Source: Oceanispirochaeta sp.
Lineage (GTDB): Bacteria; Spirochaetota; Spirochaetia; DSM-2461
DNA: 64,000 bases
Reading direction: 5' to 3'
Assembly (NCBI GenBank): GCA_963666275.2
Contig: CAXXOA010000002.1
Location: 768,001 to 832,000 of the forward strand
This document shows, piece after piece, positions 1 to 9,958 of this stretch (its first letter is position 1; every line of letters starts with the position of its first letter). A program made the position numbers and the translations under genes. The notes under the pieces are model-generated. The model ran no database searches, had not been told where the DNA came from, and was given only the letters and a program-made list of their open reading frames with translations.

Positions 1-2
1 TG

Positions 3-209
3 GATGCGGCCAGAAAGAATCTTGTGAACCGACCGGGTGAGAGTATTCTGTCTGTCTGTTTCGCCTGCGGATTCAATTCGAAATCCAATTTCAACAGAGT
101 CTTTATGGACAGTGTGGGAATGACGCCTACTGAGTTTCGGAATCGGAACAGCAGACAGAAAAGGAGCCTTAAACCGGCAGACACTGTCCCTGAACAGGGA
201 AAAATATGA
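3..209 (+). CDS. AraC-family transcriptional regulator, C-terminal fragment (cut by window start)
   Basis: SILSVCFACGFNSKSNFNRVF...GMTPTEFR is the AraC second HTH signature; frame is open to the window edge. Confidence 0.85.
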   Translation, partial: DAARKNLVNRPGESILSVCFACGFNSKSNFNRVFMDSVGMTPTEFRNRNSRQKRSLKPADTVPEQGKI

Positions 210-249
210 TTCTTTCTGAAACAATATTTCAGCATATGATAGGAAGAGT

Positions 250-360
250 ATGAATAAAAGAGAACTTACGTATCAGCAGACCTTTGATGGCATCCGGAAG
301 GCAATGGATGATATTGTTGCCGAAAGCGGATTTGATAAACTCACAATCCGGGATCTCTAA
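250..360 (+). pseudogene. TetR-family regulator N-terminal remnant (36 aa)
   Basis: Manual translation MNKRELTYQQTFDGIRKAMDDIVAESGFDKLTIRDL* resembles TetR helices 1-2 and stops inside the HTH; AGGAAG upstream. Confidence 0.55.
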
Positions 361-413
361 AAAGTTCTGTATTTTACAGCCTCGAATGGTTTGTCCTGCA
401 GACCTGGGACGGG

Positions 414-476
414 GATGTCCCTCCCAATACAATTGTAGGGAGTATCCCTGCCAGAATCATCAAATCCAATGAATAG
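414..476 (+). pseudogene. Hexapeptide-repeat O-acetyltransferase C-terminal remnant
   Basis: Manual translation DVPPNTIVGSIPARIIKSNE* matches the DVPxxxxVxGxPAxxIK tail of maltose/galactoside acetyltransferases; rest of gene absent. Confidence 0.5.
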
Positions 477-526
477 GGTTCAGGTCTCTTACTCCTCTTA
501 CTTCATGGAGGAACGGCTTCTCTGTC

Positions 527-562
527 ATAGGAAATACCGATAAGGATATCAGTATTTTTGAT
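527..562 (+). promoter_or_regulatory. Tandem LysR-type T-N11-A boxes upstream of flavoprotein gene
   Basis: ATAG-N7-CGAT (527-541) and ATCA-N7-TGAT (548-562); a LysR gene follows the flavoprotein. Confidence 0.5.
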
Positions 563-635
563 TTCCCTAAGTAAAATTATATCGATACAATATTATCTAA
601 AAATATTTTATCGTTTGAAGGGAGTCTAAAAATAT

Positions 636-2270
636 ATGAGCAAAGAACAGTCCTCCGGTATTTCCCGAAGAGATTTTCTGAAAGGTACTGCTGCCGGAGT
701 TGTAGGTATAGCCGGCGCCAGTGTTATCAGTTCCTGCAGTTTCGGCAGCAAAGGAGCAGTTGCTTCCGCAGATGGAGCTTCCGCTGCAGCCCCCCGTGAA
801 AGTCTGATGCCTAAAGTCTCAAAGACCATCAAAGCGGATGTGGTCGTTCTGGGATCCGGCGGGTGCGGAAGTGCTGCCGCCACAAGAGCTGCTCAGCTGG
901 GAATGAAAACCGTCCTTATTGAAAAAAACTCAGTATACGGCGGAACAACCATGTTTACCGAAGGCCTCTTTGCCGTAGGGTCTCACTGGCAGAAAGAGGC
1001 GGGGGTCGACTACACCGTGGGAGAAGTATTCTCCAAAGCCATGGATTACCATCACTGGCTGGCCGACGGGGCTCTGAACCACGCTTTCTTTGATGCCTCT
1101 GCCGCCAACCTGGACTGGATGGAGTCGGTGGGCATCAAATTCCGCGCCGTCAGCACCATGGGGGTCGCCCTGACAACCTGGCACCTCTATGAAGTGGAAG
1201 AGGGACAGCTGAGCGGTACAAAATACGTACAGCAGTGGCAGAATGCTGTGGAGAAGAGCGGCGCCACCATCATGATGAATACTCCCGGCCGGGAGCTGGT
1301 TATGAAAGACGGAAAGGTCGCCGGAATCATAGCGGAGCAGGAAGACGGCAGCTATCTCTATATTGAAGCCCCCGTTGCCATTCTGGCTACAGGAGGATAC
1401 GCCGACAGTCCCGAGATGATCAATGAGCTGTGTGATTTCAGTGCAGACCGTGTTGAGGCAACCGGGATCAAAGGCCGGGACGGAGATGGTATCCGTATGG
1501 CTCAGAGTGCGGGGAGTACCTTTGCCAAATCCCCCGGGACCCTTGTCTTCTACGGTGGTACCATGAGGGGAATGCCCTACGGAACCCAGCTCTACTGTGC
1601 AGCTGCTTTCCAGCCCTTTTTCTGGGTGAATGAGAAGGGAGAACGATTTGCCAACGAAGAGCTGGCGGAACAGAACTTTACCCATTCGGGAAATGTTCAG
1701 GCCATGCAGAAAAAAGTTTACAGTATCCTGACGAAAAAGCAGATGGATATGCTGGCCTACGAAGGCTGCGTTTTCGGCTGCGGTGAATACATTGCCCGGG
1801 GAAGCAAGCTGACCAATCTCTATAAGGAGCTGGATGACTGGACATCCGCGGGAAAAGGCAGTGTCTATACTGCTGATTCTCTGGATGAGCTGGCGGGAAA
1901 GATCTCTGTAGACAGCGGAACGCTGAAAGATACTGTGGAGCGGTTTAATGGATTCTGCAGCAGCAGGCAGGATCTGGATTATGCCAAGAACCCGGATTAC
2001 CTCTATCCTCTGGAGGACGGTCCCTACTATGCTTTTGAGCTGGTTGCGGGAATTTTCGCTTCCGCAGGGGGGGTGAAAATTGATACAGCCAGCAGTGTCA
2101 TCAACGAACAGGGTCATGCCATTCCCGGTCTGTATGCGGGAGGTTGTGAAACCGGTGGGCTTTACGGTGATACCTACGACGTAGGTGTTTGTGCCGGTTC
2201 CTGCCAGGGCTTTGCCGTCCATACCGGTAAAGTGGCTGCAGAAAGTGCCCGGAAGTACCTGAAGGCTTGA
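636..2270 (+). CDS. Tat-exported FAD-dependent oxidoreductase (flavocytochrome c/fumarate reductase flavoprotein superfamily), probable lipoprotein
   Basis: SRRDFLK twin-arginine motif, Cys after hydrophobic stretch (VISSC), VVVLGSGGCG FAD motif, ATGGY, GDGIRMA, IPGLYAGG. Confidence 0.85.
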   Translation: MSKEQSSGISRRDFLKGTAAGVVGIAGASVISSCSFGSKGAVASADGASAAAPRESLMPKVSKTIKADVVVLGSGGCGSAAATRAAQLGMKTVLIEKNSVYGGTTMFTEGLFAVGSHWQKEAGVDYTVGEVFSKAMDYHHWLADGALNHAFFDASAANLDWMESVGIKFRAVSTMGVALTTWHLYEVEEGQLSGTKYVQQWQNAVEKSGATIMMNTPGRELVMKDGKVAGIIAEQEDGSYLYIEAPVAILATGGYADSPEMINELCDFSADRVEATGIKGRDGDGIRMAQSAGSTFAKSPGTLVFYGGTMRGMPYGTQLYCAAAFQPFFWVNEKGERFANEELAEQNFTHSGNVQAMQKKVYSILTKKQMDMLAYEGCVFGCGEYIARGSKLTNLYKELDDWTSAGKGSVYTADSLDELAGKISVDSGTLKDTVERFNGFCSSRQDLDYAKNPDYLYPLEDGPYYAFELVAGIFASAGGVKIDTASSVINEQGHAIPGLYAGGCETGGLYGDTYDVGVCAGSCQGFAVHTGKVAAESARKYLKA

Positions 2271-2317
2271 TTGACAAGGCCTTGTTATAATTAAAATAAT
2301 AGCGGAGAGGTAAAGAT

Positions 2318-3214
2318 ATGGATTTCAGCAAAATACAGTGTTTCCTCTCCGCTGCCAATACACTGAACTTTTCCCGGACAGCAGAGGAACTGTATCTCAC
2401 TCAGCCTACCATTACAGCTAAAATCAACTCGCTGGAAGAGGAGCTGAATGTAAAACTCTTCAACAGGAACAGGCACTCTATGACTCTTACCCCGGAGGGG
2501 GAGTATCTCTACCGGGAATTCTCCTATCTGTTCAATTATTACCAGAATATAAAGCAGAACCTGGCCCAGATGACCTCGTCAAACAATTCGGTGATCCGCC
2601 TGGGATACCATGGTCCCGTAGGCTGGGGATCCGTTCATGACAAAATCAAAGAATACCGGGCTCTCCACCCGGATACGACTTTTGAAATTCACATCGACGG
2701 CTGGGGACCTCTGAAGACGGCTCTTTTAAATCGGATCGTGGATGTCATATTTATTGAACAGGAGGAGATCGGGGATTCTCCCCGGCTGGAGAGTCTCTCT
2801 CTGGGAAGGGGGCTGTCGGCAGTTGCTCTGAGCAGGGAGCATCCTCTGGCAGGTCGGAGAAAGGTGAAAGTCTCCGAACTGGCCGATGACGTGGTCATTA
2901 TGGTGGACAACACCTATCATCCCAGGAGTGTTTCAGCCATTCACAAAAGGATGCAGGCTTCCGGTGTGAATATGCGGAGAGTCCTGTTTGTCAAACGTCC
3001 GGAAAATGCCCTGGGAATGACAGCCAGCGGCCAGGGTATTACCTATCTGCCCAGAACCTTTAAAGTGAAAAATGACCCGAACATCGCCTATGTGGATGTG
3101 GACAGCCCGGAGATGTATCTGGATTACGCCCTGGCCTGGTTGAAAGAGTCGGAAAATCCCAATGTAAAGCGGTTCTGCGACTTTGTGAAAGAGAATCCCT
3201 GGCCCCTGGCGTAA
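2318..3214 (+). CDS. LysR-family transcriptional regulator
   Basis: LNFSRTAEELYLTQPTIT...LEEELNVKLFNR HTH; 298 aa. Confidence 0.92.
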   Translation: MDFSKIQCFLSAANTLNFSRTAEELYLTQPTITAKINSLEEELNVKLFNRNRHSMTLTPEGEYLYREFSYLFNYYQNIKQNLAQMTSSNNSVIRLGYHGPVGWGSVHDKIKEYRALHPDTTFEIHIDGWGPLKTALLNRIVDVIFIEQEEIGDSPRLESLSLGRGLSAVALSREHPLAGRRKVKVSELADDVVIMVDNTYHPRSVSAIHKRMQASGVNMRRVLFVKRPENALGMTASGQGITYLPRTFKVKNDPNIAYVDVDSPEMYLDYALAWLKESENPNVKRFCDFVKENPWPLA

Positions 3215-3531
3215 GCTTGAAATCTGACTATTTCAGGAAGAATAATGGGATTTAAAAAATACAATTCTGTATTTTCTGTCGGATATGCTTTCTATGGGTA
3301 AATTTTTTTTCTCTTCCAATAACAGGCGGATGTCTACGGATGGAATAAATCCGGAAAACGTAAGCCTAACTGCTGAAAATACTTAATGAACAGGGATTTT
3401 TACAGGTTACAGTTAAGCCCGTTTTTCATTTGTCCGATGCGGGATCCTCTAATGCAAACATTTTCTTTGCTACTTGAATAAAAAGGCAGGGATACTACAA
3501 TTGAAGGAATAATACAGATAGGAGAACGATT

Positions 3532-4542
3532 ATGAAAAAAGTAGTAGTACTTGCCATGTTTCTGGCCCTTTCAGCCGCTGTTTTTGCCGGTGGATCCCAG
3601 GAATCTGATTCCGGTGAATCCGGAGGAGCATCCGATCTTAAAATGGTTCTGATCCTGCCGGGACCGATCAATGATCAGAGCTGGAATGCCACAAACTATA
3701 GCGGACTTGTTGCAACCAATGAAGAGTTGGGTACCAATATGGAGTACATCGAAAATGTACAGGCCAGTGATTATGAATCCACTTTCAGAAATTATGCTGA
3801 ACGCGGTTACGATCTGATCATGGCTGCGGGAACTCAGTTTGATGAGGCTGCCAATAAAGTTGCTCCTTCCTTTCCTGAAACCACATTTTGTGTTGTAAAC
3901 GGTATGGTCTCTTCCGGACCCAATGTGGCTCCTATTTTCCCCAAAGAATATGAAGCCAGTTACATTGCCGGTGTTATGGCGGCCTATGTCACTGAAAGCG
4001 GAAAAATTGCCACTGTCGGCGGTTTCCCCAATAAGGCTATGGTGGATCTTCTGGATGTCTATGAAGCCACAGCCGCTTCCTATGCCGCAGAGAAAGGTAT
4101 TGACGTGAGTGCTGTCAGAGCCTATGCCAACTCCTGGAGTGACGTGGCCCTGGGAAAACAGATGGCTGAAACAATGATCGATAACGGAGCGGATGTACTT
4201 TTCTTCTATGCCAATCAGGTTGGACTTGGTGCCATACAGGCAGCCAAGGAGAAGGGAGCTAAATTCATCGGTTTTTCAAGCAATCAGAATGATATAGCTC
4301 CTGAGACAGTCGTTGCCAGTGTGGGATTTGACTTTCAGGTTTTCTATAAATGGGCTGTTGCCAAATACCTGGACGGATCCCTGGAGGGAAAAGTTCATAT
4401 GGCCGGTCTGAAAGAAGGACTTTTTGTCCCCTATTACACCGAAAATATTGATCCTGCGGTTAAGAAAGCTGTAGAAGAAGCCACCGCAGCAGCCATAGCC
4501 GGAGATGTTGATTTCGAATCTATGTTCTCTGGAGATTACTGA
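3532..4542 (+). CDS. BMP-family ABC substrate-binding protein (nucleoside/purine type)
   Basis: Signal peptide; GPINDQSWN, GADV, KFIG motifs; upstream of a CUT2-type ATPase and permeases. Confidence 0.88.
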   Translation: MKKVVVLAMFLALSAAVFAGGSQESDSGESGGASDLKMVLILPGPINDQSWNATNYSGLVATNEELGTNMEYIENVQASDYESTFRNYAERGYDLIMAAGTQFDEAANKVAPSFPETTFCVVNGMVSSGPNVAPIFPKEYEASYIAGVMAAYVTESGKIATVGGFPNKAMVDLLDVYEATAASYAAEKGIDVSAVRAYANSWSDVALGKQMAETMIDNGADVLFFYANQVGLGAIQAAKEKGAKFIGFSSNQNDIAPETVVASVGFDFQVFYKWAVAKYLDGSLEGKVHMAGLKEGLFVPYYTENIDPAVKKAVEEATAAAIAGDVDFESMFSGDY

Positions 4543-4587
4543 TATCTGAATCCTCATTGAGGATTTTCCTTATCTTTTTTTCAGTTA

Positions 4588-4634
4588 AAACTCTTCCCGC
4601 TGTCCTGAGGGGCTCCGGGAGGAGTTTATTTTTT
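4588..4634 (+). terminator. Intra-operon hairpin / rho-independent terminator after BMP gene
   Basis: aaactcttcccg...cgggaggagttt followed by a T-tract. Confidence 0.55.
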
Positions 4635-4689
4635 GAATATCTAAATAATATACGGTTCGCCGTTATACAATGTCCTTCTGGAGGACTGA

Positions 4690-6198
4690 ATGCCACTAGT
4701 TGAGTTTAAAAATATCAGTAAGTACTTTACCAAGGTTATTGCCAACGATGATATCTCATTTTCCATCAACAAAGGAGAAATCCTTGCTCTTCTGGGAGAA
4801 AATGGGGCTGGCAAGAGTACTATCATGAAAATTTTGTACGGCCTGTATCAGGCGGAGAAGGGCGAGATCCTGATTGACGGAACCCCCCGCCGGATCAAAT
4901 CTCCCCAGGATGCCATGAAAATGGGCATCGGGATGATTCAGCAGCATTTCTCTCTTATCCCGGTTCATACAGTTCTGGAGAATATTATTCTCGGAAATGA
5001 GAAAGGGTATCTGAATGCCGGAAAACTTTCTGCCAAAGTAAAAGCTCTGACAGAAAAGTATAATTTCAATATAGAACCTGATTCCTATATAAGGGATCTC
5101 CCTGTGGGAGTTCAGCAGAAAGTTGAGATCCTCAAAGCTCTCTATCAGGATGTGGAACTCCTGATTATGGATGAACCTACGGCAGTCCTGACTCCCCAGG
5201 AGTCGATGCAGCTGATGGATTTTGTGAAGAGTTTTAAAGAGAGAGGACATTCGGTTGTCTTCATTACCCATAAACTTCAGGAAGTTATGCACGTAGCCGA
5301 CAGAATTGTGGTTATGCGCAGCGGAAAGGTCGTGGGGGATATTCCCCGCCAGGAAACCACGGAAAAAGAACTCTCCCGCCTGATGATCGGAAAAGATCTC
5401 CCGCCCATCTCCATGACCGAACGGGAGAGAAGTGAGACTGTCCTTGAGGTCAATAACCTTTCGGTGAAAGGGAAGCAGGGGCATTTTGCTCTGAAAAACG
5501 TTTCCTTCTCAATCGAAAAGGGAGAGATCCTGGGCATTGCCGGCGTCAGCGGTAACGGACAGCAGGAACTGGGAGAGACTCTCAGCGGACTGTTTGAAGT
5601 AGAGGAGGGCGAGATCCTTCTGAACGGTGCCCAGATAAACGATCAGTCCGTAAGAGAGAGGATCGATAACGGTATAGGCTATGTTCATGCCGACCGCCAT
5701 AGCGCAGGGCTTGTATTGGATATGAGCCTGGGAGAAAATCTCCTTTTAAAGAGCAGTTTCAGCAAAGAGTGGGCAAATCACGGTGTTATCAGGCAGAAGA
5801 AACTGGAATCCCATGCCCGGGACATCATCAGAGATTATTCTGTGAAAGCTTCGGGGTCCGAGAATCTCATGAAAGGACTTTCCGGTGGAAATCAGCAGAA
5901 AGTTGTTCTGGGACGGGAAGTTTCCATAGGTACAAAGGTTCTTATATTTGATCAGCCGACCCGGGGACTGGACCTGGGGGCAATTGAATATGTTCATAGA
6001 ACCATACTGGCAGAAAGGGATAAGGGAAAAAGCATCCTGCTTATCTCCACAGAACTCTCCGAGATCTTTGCCCTTTCCGACCGCATCGGCGTTCTCTATG
6101 ACGGAGAGCTGATTGATGTTCTTGATAAGAAAGATGCCACAGTGGAACAAATCGGAATGCTCATGGCCGGTATCAGGGAGGAATCAGATGAAACATAA
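4690..6198 (+). CDS. ABC transporter ATP-binding protein (tandem NBD, nucleoside/sugar type)
   Basis: GENGAGKST Walker A, LIMDEPT, LSGGNQQK. Confidence 0.93.
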   Translation: MPLVEFKNISKYFTKVIANDDISFSINKGEILALLGENGAGKSTIMKILYGLYQAEKGEILIDGTPRRIKSPQDAMKMGIGMIQQHFSLIPVHTVLENIILGNEKGYLNAGKLSAKVKALTEKYNFNIEPDSYIRDLPVGVQQKVEILKALYQDVELLIMDEPTAVLTPQESMQLMDFVKSFKERGHSVVFITHKLQEVMHVADRIVVMRSGKVVGDIPRQETTEKELSRLMIGKDLPPISMTERERSETVLEVNNLSVKGKQGHFALKNVSFSIEKGEILGIAGVSGNGQQELGETLSGLFEVEEGEILLNGAQINDQSVRERIDNGIGYVHADRHSAGLVLDMSLGENLLLKSSFSKEWANHGVIRQKKLESHARDIIRDYSVKASGSENLMKGLSGGNQQKVVLGREVSIGTKVLIFDQPTRGLDLGAIEYVHRTILAERDKGKSILLISTELSEIFALSDRIGVLYDGELIDVLDKKDATVEQIGMLMAGIREESDET

Positions 6199-7252
6199 TG
6201 CAAAAGATCTTATAATCTCAACCGCCCTATCCATCCTGGCAGGGCTGTTTGTCAGCGGGCTATTGATGCTTTTCCTGGATAAGAATCCCCTCATCGTCTA
6301 CGGAAAGCTTTTCTCATTTCTTTTCCGGGACGGCTACACTTTTGCGGAAATCTTTGTCAAAGCGACGCCGCTGATATTTACAGCCCTGGCTTTTGCTTTT
6401 TGCTTCAAAGCCAGCCTGTTCAATATAGGCGCTCAGGGACAGTTCTATATGGGGTCTCTTGCCGCTCTGGCAACATCCCTGGGCCTGGGAACATCTCTGC
6501 CTTCCTTTCTCGCCCTTCCTCTGATCTTTCTGGCGGCCCTGGCTGCCGGCGGGGTTTGGGGGGCCATGGTGGGAGTCTTCAAAGCCCGGTTCAAGGCGAA
6601 CGAATTCCTTGTCAGTATGATGTCTGTCTATATCGCCCTGGCTTTTATGAATTACCTCTTAAGGACTGTCCTGATTGAAGCAAAGCACGAGTATCCCCAG
6701 TCTGATCCTATTCAGGCGGGGCACTTTATCCCTGTCCTTGTCAAAGGAACCCGTCTTCACGGCGGATTCCTCCTTGCCGTTGTGATTGCTGTGCTCTGCT
6801 GGTTCCTTCTCTATAAAACCACTGTGGGATACAGAATCCGGGTTGTGGGAATGAATCCTGTGGCGGCTTCCTTTGCCGGGATAAACTCCGCCCGGATCAG
6901 TGTGTTCGCCTTTTTTATCAGCGGCGCTCTGGCCGGTCTGGCCGGGTTTACAGAGGTGAACGGAGTCCAGCATATGCTGGTTCAGGGATTCAATCCGACA
7001 ATCGGTTCGGAGGGGATCGGAATCGCCATTCTGGCAAATGCCAATCCCATCGGCATCATCTTCGGCTCTCTCCTTTTCGGAGCCCTTAAAGTCGGCGGTT
7101 CCATTCTGGGGCAGACCTCGGGAATTCCATCCAGTATTATCGAGCTGATGGAAGGCTTTGTAATGATTTTTGTCATCCTCTCCTATTATCTGAGGAAAAA
7201 AATCGAACAGAGACGAAATATTAAAAACCTGCTTGCAAAGGAAAGTGTATGA
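6188..7252 (+). CDS. ABC transporter permease (BPD_transp_2)
   Basis: FNIGAQGQ motif, hydrophobic; start moved to ATG 6188 overlapping the ATPase end. Confidence 0.88.
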   Translation: MKHNAKDLIISTALSILAGLFVSGLLMLFLDKNPLIVYGKLFSFLFRDGYTFAEIFVKATPLIFTALAFAFCFKASLFNIGAQGQFYMGSLAALATSLGLGTSLPSFLALPLIFLAALAAGGVWGAMVGVFKARFKANEFLVSMMSVYIALAFMNYLLRTVLIEAKHEYPQSDPIQAGHFIPVLVKGTRLHGGFLLAVVIAVLCWFLLYKTTVGYRIRVVGMNPVAASFAGINSARISVFAFFISGALAGLAGFTEVNGVQHMLVQGFNPTIGSEGIGIAILANANPIGIIFGSLLFGALKVGGSILGQTSGIPSSIIELMEGFVMIFVILSYYLRKKIEQRRNIKNLLAKESV

Positions 7253-8160
7253 TCAATATTTTAACCAGAGCCATCCTTATGAGCACTCCTCTCCTGATTG
7301 GAGCCACCGCGGAAGTTTTTGCAGAGCGGACAGGTGTGATGATCATTGCCATTGAAGGGATTTTTCTGCTGGGAGCCTGGGGGGGATTCGTCGGTGTGTT
7401 TCTGACCCAGAGTTACTTTTTCGGACTCCTCCTGGCCATGGTGCTGGGACTGCTTGCCGCCTCTCTCTACGGATACATCACCATCTATCTGAAACAGCAT
7501 CAGATCGTAACGGGGACCGCTCTGAATATCCTAATTGCCGGTCTGGTCGCATTCTTCCATAGAGTGATTTTCGGAGTCCCCCTCCTGCCGCTGACGATCG
7601 ATCCTCTGCCGGCTCTGCCGATCCCGCTGCTTCACTCCATTCCTGTGATTGGGCGGGTGTTTTTTAATCAGAGTATTCTGACCTATTTTGCTTTTATCAT
7701 TGCCCCTCTGGGATACTTTATCCTTTTCAGAACCTCTCTGGGACTTGTTATCCGGTCGGCCGGTGAGAATCCTGAAGCGGTGGATGTGGCAGGTATGAAA
7801 GTGGAAACCGTCCGGTTCAGAACGACAATGGTGGCCGGTGTGCTGGGGGCCGTCGCGGGGAGTTTCTATTCGATTGTCTATCTGGGAATGTTTACAGATA
7901 CAATCATAGGAGGGAGAGGCTGGATTGCCTTTGCCATCTGTTTCCTTGGAAACTGGAACCCCCTGGGGGCCATGGTGGGGGCCTTTATCTTCGGGATTGC
8001 CGAAGCAGTTGCCATCTATATGCAGTCCTCCGGACAGATGGCCCTTCCCAACGAACTTTTTATTGCCCTTCCCTATATACTGACCATCATTCTGACTCTG
8101 GCCAGAAAGAACTTCAATGTACCGGCCAAGCTGGGTGTGCCGTATATCAAGGGGAACTGA
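7249..8160 (+). CDS. ABC transporter permease (BPD_transp_2)
   Basis: ERTGV..IAIEG, GENPEA, GRGWIA motifs; ATGA overlap with previous gene. Confidence 0.9.
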   Translation: MINILTRAILMSTPLLIGATAEVFAERTGVMIIAIEGIFLLGAWGGFVGVFLTQSYFFGLLLAMVLGLLAASLYGYITIYLKQHQIVTGTALNILIAGLVAFFHRVIFGVPLLPLTIDPLPALPIPLLHSIPVIGRVFFNQSILTYFAFIIAPLGYFILFRTSLGLVIRSAGENPEAVDVAGMKVETVRFRTTMVAGVLGAVAGSFYSIVYLGMFTDTIIGGRGWIAFAICFLGNWNPLGAMVGAFIFGIAEAVAIYMQSSGQMALPNELFIALPYILTIILTLARKNFNVPAKLGVPYIKGN

Positions 8161-8226
8161 TCCCCATGATAAGGGAAATTCAGATAATAAAGGTCTGGTT
8201 GTTTTAACCGGGCCTTTCCTGTCAGC

Positions 8227-9417
8227 TCAGATGCTGTCTACTATCTTCCTGGGGAGTTTTTTCACCTTTGCCCGGCGTTTCTTCCGTTCGGGAATCATGC
8301 TCCTCATAGACTCAAGCCTGCCGAAGCACAGCAGCCTGTCATGGGCATGGAGCTTTCTGGTTTCCCTGGGGTTGGGGATGACTTCCGTGTCCCTGTGAAG
8401 GGTCAGAACGGTAATGTCCTGCTCCCTTAATCCCGATTCAGAGAGAGTTTTGCCTACCAGATGGCTGTCCTCTTTGACAAGAAGTTCCGCCACTCCGTAC
8501 CCGGTACTGATGGTCAGTCTCTGCCTCACATCCAGTTCGGGAAAGTCTACCTGGTTGGCAACATAATCGATAATGGACCCCGCAATATCCAGGCCGGTGG
8601 CTCTTTCAATCCCCTCCAGTCCGGGGGAGGAGTTCACTTCCATCACGAGGGGCCCGTCTTTGCCTTCCAGCATATCCACACCGGCTACCCGCAGGCCCAT
8701 AATCTGGGCGGCCCGGACGGCTGTCTGTTCATAAAGAGGGGAGAGCTCTATGGCTTCCACGGTACCCCCCCTGTGAACATTGGACCGGAACTCATCTCCG
8801 ACAGCACTGCGCCGCATGGCTCCCACAACCCTGTCTCCCACAACAAGAGCCCGGATATCCCTGCCTTTGCTTTCGGAAACAAACTGCTGAATCAGAACAT
8901 TCTGCTGGGTGCTCTGAAGGGTTTCTATGATGGCTTCGGCAATTTTCATTTCCGGTGCCAGGATCACACCGATGCCCTGGGTTCCCTCCAGAAGCTTTAT
9001 AACGACGGGGGCACCTCCCACTCTGTTGATGGCGGAAATCACATCCTTCTGGTTCCTCACAAAGGTGGTGGCGGGAATTCCTATATCGTGACGGGAGAGG
9101 ATCTGTGTGGCCCTGAGTTTATCCCGGGAGTTGCTGATGCCGTTGGACGTGTTGGGAGTATACACATCCATCTGTTCGAACTGTCTGACCACAGCTGTTC
9201 CGAAATAGGTGATAGATGCCCCGATCCGGGGGATCACCGCATCATAGTCCGACAGGGGTTTCCCTTTAAACTGAAGGTCGGGAAGGTCTCCCGAAAGATC
9301 GATCGCAAAGCGCAGGGTATCCAGGACCTTGCAGTTATGTCCTCTGTCGAGGGCTGCCATTTTCAATCTCTGCGTACTATAGGAACGGGGTGACCGTGAA
9401 AGTATTGCCAGTTTCAA
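8227..9417 (-). CDS. rimK: RimK-family alpha-L-glutamate ligase with C-terminal TrkA-C (RCK_C) domain
   Basis: DAVIPRIG, SRDKLR, KLLEGTQGIGV, FRSNVHRGG, EVNSSPGLEG; extra tail LVGKTLSESGLR..ITVLTLHR..VIPNP; TTG start. Confidence 0.88.
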   Translation of the reverse strand: MKLAILSRSPRSYSTQRLKMAALDRGHNCKVLDTLRFAIDLSGDLPDLQFKGKPLSDYDAVIPRIGASITYFGTAVVRQFEQMDVYTPNTSNGISNSRDKLRATQILSRHDIGIPATTFVRNQKDVISAINRVGGAPVVIKLLEGTQGIGVILAPEMKIAEAIIETLQSTQQNVLIQQFVSESKGRDIRALVVGDRVVGAMRRSAVGDEFRSNVHRGGTVEAIELSPLYEQTAVRAAQIMGLRVAGVDMLEGKDGPLVMEVNSSPGLEGIERATGLDIAGSIIDYVANQVDFPELDVRQRLTISTGYGVAELLVKEDSHLVGKTLSESGLREQDITVLTLHRDTEVIPNPRETRKLHAHDRLLCFGRLESMRSMIPERKKRRAKVKKLPRKIVDSI

Positions 9418-9475
9418 AGTTTTATTACCTCCGTAATAAATAAATCATAAAAATCTGCTCCAGATTCCGGAGACT

Positions 9476-9958
9476 CTATTTCTGCAGGGCCTTGTTTCTG
9501 TTTCGTATTTCTGGCCCCGGTTTTATTCCCAGATAGGACTTACCCGGAATGACTATGAAGTTTTTCCTCATCGCGGCTCTGCCCAGAAGCATCCTGAAGC
9601 CCATGGAGGATCTGTTTGTCAGGGTCAGTTCCACCGGAAAGGTATGTCCTGCCAGCTGAATTCTGGCCATAATGACAGGCCGGCGCTGCAGACATCCTGA
9701 GGAACTTTTCACGTTTCTGAAGTCTTTGACCGGAGCGGTGACAGACATGCTGTCTTTCAGGGATTTCTGCCAGGGGTAGACATTGAATCTGACCCAGGGA
9801 ACAGAATCCTTTTCAAAATACTCTATCTCTCCTACATGGAGGGAGGAGGTTCTGGCACCTGTATCAACCTTGACCTTTAAAAACTCTACATCCCAATCGG
9901 GAAAGGATATCCACTCCCGCCATCCGATGGGAGTCAGTTTCGAATAATCCTTCTTCAT
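9476..9958 (-). CDS. rimB: RimK-associated retropepsin-like protease (RimB / 'ATP-dependent Zn protease' family)
   Basis: IGWREW, KVDTGARTSSLH, LTNRSSMGFRMLLGR; GGAGG before ATG 9958. Confidence 0.82.
   Translation of the reverse strand: MKKDYSKLTPIGWREWISFPDWDVEFLKVKVDTGARTSSLHVGEIEYFEKDSVPWVRFNVYPWQKSLKDSMSVTAPVKDFRNVKSSSGCLQRRPVIMARIQLAGHTFPVELTLTNRSSMGFRMLLGRAAMRKNFIVIPGKSYLGIKPGPEIRNRNKALQK

Noticed and set aside
930..2222. 430-aa antisense ORF, and similar long shadow ORFs (8461-9393, 20699-21787, 24612-25634, 29974-30861, 34422-35279, 48673-49800)
   Set aside because: They lie opposite well-supported genes and show no motifs; expected from codon bias.
3215..3531. Possible purine riboswitch before the BMP/nucleoside transporter
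   Set aside because: Only scattered fragments (gatatg, tctac); the P1-P3 stems and spacing could not be built.
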